DNA from: an uncultured Bdellovibrionales bacterium
GTDB lineage: Bacteria > Bdellovibrionota_C > UBA2361 > SZUA-149 > JADYYL01
Assembly (NCBI GenBank): GCA_964401925.1
Contig: CAYOAK010000004.1
Location: forward strand, 1 to 41,004
DNA: 41,004 nt
Direction: 5' to 3'
Positions 26,901 through 35,200 of the stretch are shown in pieces (position 1 is the stretch's first letter; every line of letters starts with the position of its first letter). Below the pieces are notes generated by a model. That model was not told the DNA's origin, did not search any database, and saw only the letters and a program-made list of their open reading frames with translations. Made by a program: the position numbers and the translations under genes.

Positions 26901-27399
26901 GCCGTACCGGGGATGGAAAGAGGGGACCGAGGAATACAAAGTCGCACGGCTCCTTCTTCGCGCAAGATACTATCCGGGAACACCCCGGGGCGTCGCGCGC
27001 ACTTGGCACAACATGTTCTGTTCGACCTTCGGCAGCGTCAAAGGACATGAGTCGAACCCGGACGGGCTCGCGAAGAATCCGGAGACGAATTACCAGGCGA
27101 TGTATCGCTACGGAGGCCACCAAAGCGCAACACGCGCTTGGCTCCGTCCGACGCTGATGACCGAGTCGCTCCTCCACAAGGACATGTTCGGAGAGACGAT
27201 GGGCAAAGGCTTTGCGGCCGACATTCATTGTCCGGTCGGTGCGCCGCGCGAGGCGTTCGTGAAAATTACAAAGGCGGAGGACGGAGGAATAGGTGGAGTC
27301 GGACAATGGCGTCCAGTCACCTTAGGGCTGAGACCGACAACGGAGTCGGCATCGATGCTTGAATACCTCCAGGGCCGCTACGTGAAATTGAAAGGATAG
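23920..27399 (+). CDS. molybdopterin (bis-MGD) oxidoreductase alpha subunit, periplasmic type II DMSO reductase family (NxrA/NarG/EbdA-like)
   Basis: 1159 aa. Twin-arginine signal [25 protein letters not shown]0 motif C74-APN-D78-THN-C82...C122. [27 protein letters not shown] places Asp323 (24886-24888) at the Mo-ligand Asp position of NarG. Confidence 0.9.
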   Translation: MEHNRSLTTLSRRKFLIGLGGAGASLAIDSALAAPIRYLTPLHVDNPLAGYPNRDWESVYRSLFKPDSTFVFLCAPNDTHNCLLKAHVKNDVIIRIGPSYGYGKATDLYGNQSSHRWDPRLCQKGLALGRRIYGDRRLKAPMIRKGFMDWVNEGFPRDPETGRPDKKYFNRGRDKWQRLDWSEAYDITARAFENIARTYSGEAGAKLLRAQGYDEAMVEAVEGAGTQTLKLRGGMAFLGATRIYGLYRFANMLALLDSSIRKVGPDKAIGARGYDSYSWHTDLPPGHPMVTGAQTNDFDLFTIERSKLALIWGMNWITTKMPDSHWMTEARLKGTKIVSVTVEYSATASKSDDVIVIRPGTDPAFALGLAQVIVKKNLFDKDFVAGSTDLPFLVRMDNLQPLRPEEVIQGFKPDSGEDLVFLAKGQKSPPPAKQKSQYASEELKGDFGSYVVADAKTGQLQGVSRSMIGERFLKSGIRPNLRARKKVKLLSGETVEVRTSFSLMEQYLNSTWTPAQTETVTGAPAAAVTKLAREIAANQEQTLFCMGMGPNQFFNSDLKDRAVFLVAALTRNIGFPGGNVGSYAGNYRIALFSGIPQFGMEDPFNVQLDPEKPVSIKKYLHYESLHYVNYGDRPLRLGNKLFTGPGHIPTPTKAQWQNNCNSALGNIKWHYDFVNNTLPNVEFVCFTDWWWTGSCEYSDIVFACDSWAEFKQPDMTASCTNPFLQLYPRTPIKRVFNTKPDIEILAGVAEALGRHVNDPRFKQNWQFVFDDKVEVYLQRILDGSPATKGYSFSDLEAKAKDGVPALMNNRTYPRHSSYEQVRENKPWHTKSGRLEFYRFEPEFIEHGENLVVYREPVDSTHYEPNVIVAKPHPAIRPHGPAEYGLDPNDLSVEVRQVRNVIRSPEELVHTKHPLKAKNFTHVYHTPKYRHGAHTTPVDTDFTSVWFGPFGDVYRRDKRMPSVVEGYVDINPLDAKELGVADGDYVYIDADPEDRPYRGWKEGTEEYKVARLLLRARYYPGTPRGVARTWHNMFCSTFGSVKGHESNPDGLAKNPETNYQAMYRYGGHQSATRAWLRPTLMTESLLHKDMFGETMGKGFAADIHCPVGAPREAFVKITKAEDGGIGGVGQWRPVTLGLRPTTESASMLEYLQGRYVKLKG

Positions 27400-27411
27400 C
27401 GGGAGAGCGAA

Positions 27412-28542
27412 ATGGCGAAAGTGTTCAACTGGCAGCTGAAGCGCGAGATGTACTACCCGTACGCCGAAGCGCGTCCGAAGCGGCAGTGGTCGATCGTGTT
27501 TGACTTGAACAAGTGCATCGGCTGCCAGACGTGCACCCTTGCTTGCAAGACGACTTGGACGAGCGCCAAAGGGCAGGAGTACATGTTTTGGAACAATGTG
27601 GAAACGAAACCCTACGGCAGCTATCCGCTCGCCTGGGATCTGAAAGTTCTAGAAAGGCTGGGTCACCAAGAGTGGAACAAGAACGGCGAATACGCCGGAA
27701 AGACGGTTTTTGAGGGCGCGGAGCCGACAGAGCAGGTGGCACACTTTGCCCCGGTGGATGAAGATTGGATGTATCCGAACCTCGCCGAGGATGAATGCCT
27801 CGGTAATGTCCCCGGCGGTGAGTCGATGGAGCTCCCGCACGACAAGTGGTTCTTCTACCTCCCGCGAGTCTGCGCCCATTGCACCTACCCGGCATGTCTC
27901 GCCGCGTGCCCGCGAAAGGCGATCTACAAGCGGGAGGAAGATGGAATCGTTCTGATCGATCAGAGCCGGTGCAAGGGCTACGGAGAATGTGTCCGCGCCT
28001 GTCCGTATAAAAAATCGATGTACAACCCGTACACGCGAGTCAGTGAGAAATGCATCGGATGCTTCCCGGCGGTTGAGCAAGGGTTTCAACCGATGTGTGT
28101 GCAAAACTGCATCGGAAAGATCCGGATCATGGGATTCATCAACCCCCCGCATAAAGCACGAGACGATAATCCGATCGACTATCTTGTCCACAAGAAAGGT
28201 CTAGCCCTGCCGTACTATCCCCAGCTCGGGCTCGAACCGAACATCTATTATGTTCCGCCCATCCACGCTGATCGGGATTACCTCATGCAGATGTTCGGAC
28301 CGCTCGTTGATGATGCGATCGCGAACTACAAGAAGGTCCGAAACGATCCGATTGCTCAGGGACTGTTCACCCTCATGGGCTCGACCGATCGGATTATGCA
28401 CCATTTCAGAGTCGAGAATGGAATTGCGATTGGTGAAGACGATCAGAAAAAGGAACTCGTCCGGGTCCCGGTTGAGGAGCCGATGTTCGAGCGAGATAGC
28501 TGGGATGAAAAGCTGCAAGCGGTCCGGGTGAACACACCGTGA
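27412..28542 (+). CDS. iron-sulfur beta subunit (NarH/NxrB/EbdB-like, 3x[4Fe-4S] + [3Fe-4S])
   Basis: Four Cys groups are present: [37 protein letters not shown] (second Cys position is Tyr, the 3Fe-4S type) and [29 protein letters not shown] lies upstream. Confidence 0.9.
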   Translation: MAKVFNWQLKREMYYPYAEARPKRQWSIVFDLNKCIGCQTCTLACKTTWTSAKGQEYMFWNNVETKPYGSYPLAWDLKVLERLGHQEWNKNGEYAGKTVFEGAEPTEQVAHFAPVDEDWMYPNLAEDECLGNVPGGESMELPHDKWFFYLPRVCAHCTYPACLAACPRKAIYKREEDGIVLIDQSRCKGYGECVRACPYKKSMYNPYTRVSEKCIGCFPAVEQGFQPMCVQNCIGKIRIMGFINPPHKARDDNPIDYLVHKKGLALPYYPQLGLEPNIYYVPPIHADRDYLMQMFGPLVDDAIANYKKVRNDPIAQGLFTLMGSTDRIMHHFRVENGIAIGEDDQKKELVRVPVEEPMFERDSWDEKLQAVRVNTP

Positions 28543-29453
28543 AGAGACCTATGAAAATGAATTCAGGAATTCGAAAGACGATTATGAGACCTCTCTTCGC
28601 CGCTGCCCTTTTGTTCATCGGCCTCGCAACCGCAAGCGCAGCGCAAGCTCAAGAGCTGAGCGTGAAGTACCTAACAGGCGCGGATCTCAGTAGGCCCGAG
28701 GCACATGCCTCATACTGGAACTCAGCTGCGGCGGTAGATATCTCGCTCATGGCCCAGCCGATGATCAATCCACGGCCGAAAGAGACGACAACAGCGACGG
28801 TGAGCGTTCGGAGCGTCCACGACGGAAAATGGGTCGCCTTTCTTTTGAAGTGGAAGGACACAGAGCTCAGCGAGGCCGGGAAGCTCGGGCAGTTCTCCGA
28901 TGCGGCCGCTCTCCAGTTCCCGATAAAGGATAAGGAGGTGCCGCCGCCGATCTTGATGGGAGCAAAGGGCGATCCGGTTCACCTCTTTCACTGGCGGGCT
29001 CAGTACCAACGCGACATGGAGGTAGGAAAGCCTCGCATGAAGGATATCTATCCGAATCTGAACATCGACTCGTATCCGATGGATTATCCGGATTGGGGAA
29101 GCTACAGGCGATCGACCAAAGCCGAGCGCGATCAGTTCTCTCCCGGGATTGCCTCGGGGAATCCGCAGGCGTACCGAAAGACCGGTGTCGATGAAATTTA
29201 CGCAGAAGGCTTCAGCACGAGCTCGGTCCAAGAGGGGCACAATTCCCGCGGCCATGGAGAGTATCGGGACGGGGAGTGGAACCTCGTAATCGCGAGACCA
29301 TTGGCGGCTGAGGGTGGATCCGTCCTCGTGCCGGGGAAAAACAGCTTTATTGCGTTTGCCATATGGCAAGGAGGTAAGGGGGAAGTGGGCTCACGAAAAT
29401 GTGTGACCATGACTTGGACATCACTTGCAGTGGAACCAATCGGAGGGAAGTAG
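28539..29453 (+). CDS. haem-b gamma subunit (EbdC/DdhC/SerC-type EB_dh domain), Sec-exported, soluble
   Basis: GTG start overlaps the beta stop (GTGA); alternative ATGs lie at 28551 and 28557. Signal peptide LFAAALLFIGLATASAAQA. DAAALQFP...ILMGAKGDPVHLFHWRA and FAIWQGGKGEVGSRKCVTMTW resemble EbdC-family motifs. No TM helix after the signal peptide. Confidence 0.8.
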   Translation: MKRPMKMNSGIRKTIMRPLFAAALLFIGLATASAAQAQELSVKYLTGADLSRPEAHASYWNSAAAVDISLMAQPMINPRPKETTTATVSVRSVHDGKWVAFLLKWKDTELSEAGKLGQFSDAAALQFPIKDKEVPPPILMGAKGDPVHLFHWRAQYQRDMEVGKPRMKDIYPNLNIDSYPMDYPDWGSYRRSTKAERDQFSPGIASGNPQAYRKTGVDEIYAEGFSTSSVQEGHNSRGHGEYRDGEWNLVIARPLAAEGGSVLVPGKNSFIAFAIWQGGKGEVGSRKCVTMTWTSLAVEPIGGK

Positions 29454-29454
29454 A

Positions 29455-30228
29455 ATGGAAACTCAGACTTGGGAGAGTGCACCCTACTACGTGCGATCAC
29501 CCGCCCCGTTCGTCATCGCTTCGATGCTCGCGAGCTATCCGGGGGAGGAGGTTCGAGAGTCAGTCTTGTCACTGGTGCATGAGCCGTCAGTGAGCGCCGC
29601 TTGCCGGGAGCTACCCCATCCCGAACTCTGGGAGCGTGTCAAAAAGCAGGCTCGAAAGCAGCTCGCGACCCCCGACGAGGCAAAGGACCTCGCCTCGCGC
29701 TACATCGGCCTGTTCGACCGCGGAAGCTCTGAAAACTCTCTGTATGAGACCGGATATGGAATCCGACGGTCGCAGATGAAGACGGGCGAACTTGCGGACA
29801 TCGCCGGATTCTACCGCGCCTTCGGATTCGGGATCACCGGAGATGAAGCAGAGATTGAGATGCTGGATCATATCGCCGTCGAGGCGGAGTTCTACGCGCT
29901 CCTCCTCGCAAAAGAGGCGCACCTCCTTGAGAGAGGAGAGAACGAGGGAGCCCAGATCGTGCTCGAAGGCCGGAGAAAGTTCCTCCAGGACCATCTCGGA
30001 AGATATCCGGCTTTTCTCGCCGAGCGGCCCGGAATCAAGAGCGACCCGTTTTATTCCGCCGTGTTTGCCTGGTGCGCCGAGCTCATCGCCCAAGAGTGCC
30101 GGGATCTCGATATCGGCATCGTTCCGGTGGACTACGCTTTTGGAGGAGATCAAGAGGAAGAAATCAGCTGCGCTGTGGCCGAAGAACCTCTTACGCAATT
30201 GAAACGCAGGAACCGGATGAGTAGCTAG
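29455..30228 (+). CDS. TorD/NarJ-family redox enzyme maturation chaperone (delta subunit)
   Basis: ATG at 29455 is preceded by GGAGGG. The tracked TTG at 29425 overlaps the gamma gene. YIGLFDRGSSENSLYETGY and LDHIAVEAEFYALLL are TorD-like motifs. No signal peptide. Confidence 0.8.
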   Translation: METQTWESAPYYVRSPAPFVIASMLASYPGEEVRESVLSLVHEPSVSAACRELPHPELWERVKKQARKQLATPDEAKDLASRYIGLFDRGSSENSLYETGYGIRRSQMKTGELADIAGFYRAFGFGITGDEAEIEMLDHIAVEAEFYALLLAKEAHLLERGENEGAQIVLEGRRKFLQDHLGRYPAFLAERPGIKSDPFYSAVFAWCAELIAQECRDLDIGIVPVDYAFGGDQEEEISCAVAEEPLTQLKRRNRMSS

Positions 30229-30232
30229 ATAA

Positions 30233-30358
30233 TTGGCTCCGAGCCATCTCCCGCTGAAATCGCACGCGCGAAAAGCGGGTATGGCCGCGGCTCTTGAATA
30301 GAGCTGCCGGGGCGGGAGCGGGGAACCGCGCCGCCTCCCAAAGTCGGAAAGGAGATCG
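30233..30358 (+). promoter_or_regulatory. Moco (molybdenum cofactor) riboswitch-like leader of moaA
   Basis: A 131-nt spacer with a 5' CUCCGAGCC and a 3' GCCGCCUCCCAAAGUCGGAAAGGAG, as I recall for the Moco RNA motif. Nested helices: CCCGCT/AGCGGG (30250-55/30274-79), GCGGCTCT/AGAGCTGC (30287-94/30300-07), and GGGCGG/CCGCCT enclosing GCGG-GGAA-CCGC. CUCC (30237-40) or CCUCCC (30334-39) can pair with the SD GGAG (30351-54). Confidence 0.55.
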
Positions 30359-30359
30359 G

Positions 30360-31358
30360 ATGAACGTTTTGCAGGATAACCACGGAAGGCGCTTCCGTTA
30401 CTTGCGCCTCTCACTTACGGACGCGTGCAACTTCCGTTGCCAGTATTGTCTTCCGAACGGTTACTGCCGGCCCGCTCCCAGCGGAAATTCTTTCGACGAT
30501 GAGGTGCTGACTCTCAATGAGATCGAGAACCTTATTCAAGGATTCGCTGAACGAGGGTTCAAAAAAGTGCGTCTGACTGGGGGAGAGCCGACGCTCAGGC
30601 AGGACATCGTCGAGATTGTGCAGGTGATCGCTCAAACGCCCGGCATTGAGACAGTTGCTCTGACCACGAACGGCTATCGGCTGGATACGCTCGTTAAGCC
30701 GCTTCGTGATGCTGGGCTAAAAGCGGTCAATATAAGTCTGGATAGCCTTGACGCGGAACGGTTCCGGCAGATCACCGGCACGAGAAGCTTCGATCGGGTG
30801 CGGTCCGGCGTCGACTCAGCTCTTCGGGCTGGGATAGAGCGAGTGAAGATCAATGCCGTCCTTCTCAGAAGCTTCATCGAGAAAGATCTTCCCGCCTTTC
30901 TCCGGCTCGTGCAAGACACCGACATCAGTGTGCGCTTCATTGAGTTAATGGAGACCGGTACTAACAAGGAATATTTTGTAGCGGAACATGTGTCCGGCGA
31001 CTATCTCCGATCGATATTGCACGCGCTCGGATGGAGCGATCTGCCGAGAGGCGCTCTCGACGGGCCGGCAGTCGAACTCCGACATCCCGGCTGTGCAGGG
31101 CGTCTCGGGATCATCGCTCCATACTCGAAGGATTTCTGTGCGAGCTGCAACCGGTTGCGTGTTTCATCACGCGGAAAGCTAAAACTCTGCTTGTTCGGAG
31201 ACGGCGAACTGTCGCTCCGAGGAATGTTGCAGTCTCCCGATCAGCGCGACGAGCTTTTCGCTGCGCTTGGGACTCTTATCGGAGAGAAGGCCCCGTCGCA
31301 CCGGCTGCAGGAAGGGATCTACGGAAGCACGCAACACCTGGCTGGAATAGGGGGATAG
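30360..31358 (+). CDS. moaA: GTP 3',8-cyclase MoaA (radical SAM)
   Basis: Start MNVLQDNHGRRFRYLRLSLTDACNFRCQYCLP (ATG 30360, SD AAAGGAGA). Contains the CxxxCxxC radical SAM motif and the C-terminal CASCNRLRVSSRGKLKLCLF cluster motif. Confidence 0.9.
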   Translation: MNVLQDNHGRRFRYLRLSLTDACNFRCQYCLPNGYCRPAPSGNSFDDEVLTLNEIENLIQGFAERGFKKVRLTGGEPTLRQDIVEIVQVIAQTPGIETVALTTNGYRLDTLVKPLRDAGLKAVNISLDSLDAERFRQITGTRSFDRVRSGVDSALRAGIERVKINAVLLRSFIEKDLPAFLRLVQDTDISVRFIELMETGTNKEYFVAEHVSGDYLRSILHALGWSDLPRGALDGPAVELRHPGCAGRLGIIAPYSKDFCASCNRLRVSSRGKLKLCLFGDGELSLRGMLQSPDQRDELFAALGTLIGEKAPSHRLQEGIYGSTQHLAGIGG

Positions 31359-31359
31359 A

Positions 31360-32322
31360 TTGAGCTCACAGTTCCAGATGATTGATGTGGGATCGAAGCC
31401 GATCACCCGCCGTGTTGCTAAGGCCGCTGGAGAGATTCAGCTTTCATTGGAGGTCTGCCGCACGATCCACGAGCGGAAGGTCCCGAAAGGGGATGTATTG
31501 GTTCTCGCAGAGGTCGCGGGCATCTGCGCAGCCAAGCGCACATCCGACATCCTTCCCCTCTGCCATCCGATCGGACTCGATTCAGTACAGGTTCAGTGCG
31601 AGCTCGACTTAAGTGCGAATCGCGTCCTCGTCAGTTGCATGGTCACAACCCACGGTCGGACCGGAGTTGAAATGGAGGCGATGCTCGGAGCGAGCGGCGC
31701 ACTACTCTGCATCTACGACTTAACAAAAGGCCTCGATAAAGGAGCGAGCATCTCCGGGATCCGCCTGGAGTATAAAGAAGGCGGGAAGAGCGGCAGGTGG
31801 ACGCGTGACAATGCTGAATCCGGGGTACAATCGAAACTCCAAGGCCTCCGATCGGCTGTGATGACCGTGAGCGATCGGAGCTCACGAGGAGAGCAGCAGG
31901 ATGAATCGGGCCCGATTCTCGCCGACTTTCTGCGTAAGAGCGGAGCGGAGATTGTCGCCGCAAAAATCGTTCCTGACGAGACCGTGCAGATTCAACAACT
32001 GCTCAATGATCTCACCGTTAAAGAGAAACTAGATCTCGTTCTGATCACCGGCGGTACCGGCATCGGTCCCCGGGACCTTACTCCGGAGGCGCTCGAACCT
32101 CTTTGGACTCGCCTGCTCCCAGGATTTGGAGAGCTCTTTCGAAGCCGGGGAGCGCTCAGCACTCCGAACGCCTGGCTCTCCCGCACGACAGCCGGAGTCA
32201 TCGGCACGACCCTTGTTGTTCTTCTCCCTGGTAATCCAACCGCGGTGAGAGACGGAATCTCGATCCTTGATGAGGCTCTCGCCCACGCAATCCAAACGAT
32301 CCGCGGCGGAGGACATTCATGA
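31360..32322 (+). CDS. moaC: MoaC (cPMP synthase) fused to MoaB/Mog-type MPT adenylyltransferase domain
   Basis: N-half: MIDVGSKPIT...LPLCHPIGL...GRTGVEMEAM...IYDLTK (MoaC). C-half: VMTVSDRSSRGEQQDESGP...ITGGTGIGPRDLTPEA...LPGNPTAV (MogA/MoaB). Start is TTG 31360 or ATG 31378. Confidence 0.85.
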   Translation: MSSQFQMIDVGSKPITRRVAKAAGEIQLSLEVCRTIHERKVPKGDVLVLAEVAGICAAKRTSDILPLCHPIGLDSVQVQCELDLSANRVLVSCMVTTHGRTGVEMEAMLGASGALLCIYDLTKGLDKGASISGIRLEYKEGGKSGRWTRDNAESGVQSKLQGLRSAVMTVSDRSSRGEQQDESGPILADFLRKSGAEIVAAKIVPDETVQIQQLLNDLTVKEKLDLVLITGGTGIGPRDLTPEALEPLWTRLLPGFGELFRSRGALSTPNAWLSRTTAGVIGTTLVVLLPGNPTAVRDGISILDEALAHAIQTIRGGGHS

Positions 32323-33557
32323 TCACCTTCGCCGAGGCTCGGGAGATCGTCGAGCGTCAGGGACGCTTTCGAAATCCTAAGCGAAGAGTTGAAACACTTC
32401 CACCGCTGGAGTCCCTCGGCCGCTATTCGGTAAAGCCGCTCGTCGCTCTCGATTCAAATCCCCGGTTTGATAATTCCGCGATGGACGGTTTTGCGGTGAT
32501 CGCTTCCGAAACTCTGTTCGCGACTCCCGGAGCGCCGGTCACCCTGGAAGTTGTTCGCTCAATCGCCGCGGGTGACCCCGTCTTTTTCCGTAGTGCGCAG
32601 AAACATACCTGTGCTGAGATCATGACCGGCGCGAAGGTATCCGGGACCCCTTTCGACGCAGTCATCGCGCTTGAAGATGTTGAGGTGCACAGAGATTCCT
32701 CGAAAAAGATCCGGTCGATCGACGTTAGAGCACCCGCCGAGAAGGGGAGGAATATTCGATACGCCGGGACAGACATCCAACCTGGCCAGCGGCTGTTGAA
32801 AGAGGGAACGCAGATTGCCCCCCAACATCTGCTGGCCCTCTCGATGTCTGGCCATACCGCGCTTGACGTCTATCCGCGGCCGAGAGTTGTCGTGATCTCC
32901 ACCGGAAATGAAATCGTCCCGTACGACCGGCCGGAGATCTCAGGCGAGGAGGTTCGAAACTCAACTGCACCGTTCATTATTGCTCTGCTCGAATCTTACG
33001 GAGCCGAAGTAATATTTCAGGGAATTGTTCGAGACTCCTCACCGCAACTGAGGTCCGCTTTCATGGAGGCCTTCGAAGCGAAGCCGGATATCGTTCTTAC
33101 TACCGGGGGTGTTTCAGCCGGATCATTTGATCTGATCCCGGATGTGCTTCGTGATCTCGGGGCGCGAGTTCATTTCCATAAGACAGCAATCCGGCCGGGA
33201 AAGCCGATTCTCTTCGCCGACACCTGTCCGTCTGGTCCGGTGTGCATCTGCCTCCCGGGAAACCCGATTGCGGTTGCAGCCGGCTGCCGCTTCTTCGTTA
33301 GGACCTATCTTCGCGCATTGGGAGGAGCAGATTCCGAGTCTCCGTACCTTCTTCCATTGACTTATGAGCTGACGAAACCTGCCGGACTGTCATTTTTTCA
33401 AAGGGGCGTTCGAGACGGAGGGGGAGTTCGTGCACTGGCGGGGCAAGGGTCCTACATGGTGCGCTCTCTCCTTGATGCTGAGGGATGGATTGTTGCAAAT
33501 CAGGAGGGCACAGCAGTGGAGAGAGGAGAGATCGTAGAGTGGTATCCGCTATGGTAG
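32319..33557 (+). CDS. moeA: molybdopterin molybdotransferase MoeA
   Basis: FDNSAMDGFAV, TGNEIV, TTGGVSAGSFDL and LPGNPIAV motifs. ATGA overlap with the upstream gene. Confidence 0.9.
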   Translation: MITFAEAREIVERQGRFRNPKRRVETLPPLESLGRYSVKPLVALDSNPRFDNSAMDGFAVIASETLFATPGAPVTLEVVRSIAAGDPVFFRSAQKHTCAEIMTGAKVSGTPFDAVIALEDVEVHRDSSKKIRSIDVRAPAEKGRNIRYAGTDIQPGQRLLKEGTQIAPQHLLALSMSGHTALDVYPRPRVVVISTGNEIVPYDRPEISGEEVRNSTAPFIIALLESYGAEVIFQGIVRDSSPQLRSAFMEAFEAKPDIVLTTGGVSAGSFDLIPDVLRDLGARVHFHKTAIRPGKPILFADTCPSGPVCICLPGNPIAVAAGCRFFVRTYLRALGGADSESPYLLPLTYELTKPAGLSFFQRGVRDGGGVRALAGQGSYMVRSLLDAEGWIVANQEGTAVERGEIVEWYPLW

Positions 33558-33820
33558 TCGGAATCCGTTTGTTTGGGGTGCTGCGAAAGTATGGCCGCGA
33601 TGGGGGTGTTGTCATCGGTGTTGAAATACCGGAGCACTCTCGGGCGGGTGAAATACGGCGGATTCTGAAGGACAGGCTCGCGGAGGACTTTCCCGGAGAA
33701 AATGCGCACTCACTCGTCGAGAGGTCGGCGCTCGTCGATGCTGTACGTGTGTTGGCGGATGATGATGAGCTTACTATGCCGGTCGAGCTGATGCTCCTGC
33801 CCCCTGTGTGTGGAGGATAA
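33551..33820 (+). CDS. moaD: molybdopterin synthase sulfur carrier subunit MoaD (ThiS/MoaD fold)
   Basis: 89 aa starting MVVGIRLFG (ATG 33551, overlapping the moeA stop by 7 nt) and ending in the diagnostic C-terminal Gly-Gly (PPVCGG). Confidence 0.8.
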   Translation: MVVGIRLFGVLRKYGRDGGVVIGVEIPEHSRAGEIRRILKDRLAEDFPGENAHSLVERSALVDAVRVLADDDELTMPVELMLLPPVCGG

Positions 33821-33823
33821 TTC

Positions 33824-34291
33824 ATGAGAGAAGATGTCTGCGCCCTGATCCGGGAACCGATCGATCTGAACTTGGTGCATCGCACTCTCTGTGATTCGCG
33901 ATTTGGGGCGCAACTCGTTTTTACTGGTGTTGTTCGCGAGAGTAATGAGGGCCGGCGCGTTTTTGCCGTGAATTATGAGGCATATGAGCCTCTCGCCCGG
34001 AAGGTCATGCTGGAGCTTGCCTCCGAGGTCCGGCTGAAAATCGATCAGCCGATTCGAGTCGTGATTCTTCATCGGCTCGGTGAGCTTCCGGTCGGAGAGG
34101 TGAGCACTGTCATCGGTGTCGCCACCCCTCATCGCGGGCATTGTTATGACGCCTCACGTTATCTCATCGAAAATTTAAAAACCCGGATGCCTATTTGGAA
34201 GGAGGAGCGTTACGTCAACGGTGAATCAAAATGGCTCGACGGAGAAGAGCTCAAACCCTCGAATAGCAGCGGTAGTCCTGGCGGGCGGTAA
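33824..34291 (+). CDS. moaE: molybdopterin synthase catalytic subunit MoaE
   Basis: GAQLVFTGVVRE, HRLGELPVGEVSTVIGVATPHRG and LKTRMPIWKEE motifs. SD GGAGGA lies 6 nt upstream. Confidence 0.85.
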   Translation: MREDVCALIREPIDLNLVHRTLCDSRFGAQLVFTGVVRESNEGRRVFAVNYEAYEPLARKVMLELASEVRLKIDQPIRVVILHRLGELPVGEVSTVIGVATPHRGHCYDASRYLIENLKTRMPIWKEERYVNGESKWLDGEELKPSNSSGSPGGR

Positions 34292-34856
34292 GTCCTCCCG
34301 TATGGGGCGCGACAAGGCGCTTCTCCCGGATCCGGAAAGAACCGGTCACTCGCTGCTCGAGCGTGCCTGCGGCATCTCCAGGAAAGCTCTTGAAATCGCT
34401 GGGCAGTCTCCGCAGTGTGTCTTCATCAGCGGAACGAGCCCGGGTGCTCAAGTCCTTCTGGACAGAGTTCTGGATCGAGGTCCGCTTGCAGGAATGGACT
34501 CAGCAGTTCATTTCGCGCTTGATTGGGCCGAGAGTCTGCTCTTCCTCCCGGTCGATATGCCGGGGCTTACGCCGGAGACACTTGCCGCGTTGATTGAAAG
34601 CGGCGTGAATTATCCAGCCGCCCACCTTGTCGGCTCCGAGCTGCCCGTGCTTGTACGAGTGACCGTAGAGACAGGGGAACTCCTCTCGAAGATGATTCGA
34701 CGCGCAGAAGAAGACACGAAAGCCCCATCTGTTCGGGAGTTTCTCGATCGAGTCGGTGCTGTAGCCGTTACCGCTGGAAGCCTGCTCACGGGCGAAATGT
34801 CGAATATTAACACGCCGCTGGAATATGCCGCTTGGTCGACGGGGAGGGAGTGGTGA
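34221..34856 (+). CDS. mobA: molybdenum cofactor guanylyltransferase MobA
   Basis: AAVVLAGGKSSRMGRDKALL and LPVDMPGL motifs. The only canonical in-frame start upstream of the VVLAGG motif is GTG 34221, which overlaps moaE by 71 nt. The start is uncertain. Confidence 0.8.
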   Translation: MNQNGSTEKSSNPRIAAVVLAGGKSSRMGRDKALLPDPERTGHSLLERACGISRKALEIAGQSPQCVFISGTSPGAQVLLDRVLDRGPLAGMDSAVHFALDWAESLLFLPVDMPGLTPETLAALIESGVNYPAAHLVGSELPVLVRVTVETGELLSKMIRRAEEDTKAPSVREFLDRVGAVAVTAGSLLTGEMSNINTPLEYAAWSTGREW

Positions 34857-35200
34857 ATCTTAGACTCGCATCCGATTCTGTTCGAGTTCGTGTATCTCTC
34901 AATGAGGCTGACGTGCTTAGAGAACGCGGCGAGCTTCAAGAGCTAATCGTTCTGGGACCTACGGCTCTCGCGCTCGAAGTCATCGTCAAGGAGAACCACG
35001 CGCTGCCCGCAGAATTCACTTTCGACGGCCGGACTGCACGCTCAATCATCCGGCGGAGTGAGTTTCTCGATCTCCTCGCCGAGCGCCCAAGCAGAGAGGC
35101 CGCACTTCGAACCTGTCTTCCCGGCAATCGCGATCAGGCGATTGATTACCGATTTGAGATTGATCTCTTCACTCAGAAGCGCAAGCCGGACGCGGTATGA
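34853..35200 (+). CDS. hypothetical protein (about 115 aa) embedded in the Moco operon
   Basis: Probable GTG start at 34853 (GTGA overlap with the mobA stop, SD GGGGAGGGA upstream); the tracked ORF begins at 34832. Its stop overlaps the moeB ATG (ATGA). No family confidently recognised. Confidence 0.5.
   Translation: MNLRLASDSVRVRVSLNEADVLRERGELQELIVLGPTALALEVIVKENHALPAEFTFDGRTARSIIRRSEFLDLLAERPSREAALRTCLPGNRDQAIDYRFEIDLFTQKRKPDAV

Noticed and set aside
23992-27306. Long minus-strand ORFs (23992-24801, 25315-25782, 25789-26184, 26296-27306) inside the alpha subunit gene
   Set aside because: These are antisense shadows. The plus-strand frame encodes a full-length molybdopterin oxidoreductase with TAT signal and Mo-ligand motif.
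23920-27399. Possible selenocysteine (in-frame TGA) or programmed frameshift in the molybdoenzyme alpha subunit
   Set aside because: The frame is continuous with no internal stop, and the Mo ligand position is Asp, not Cys or Sec.
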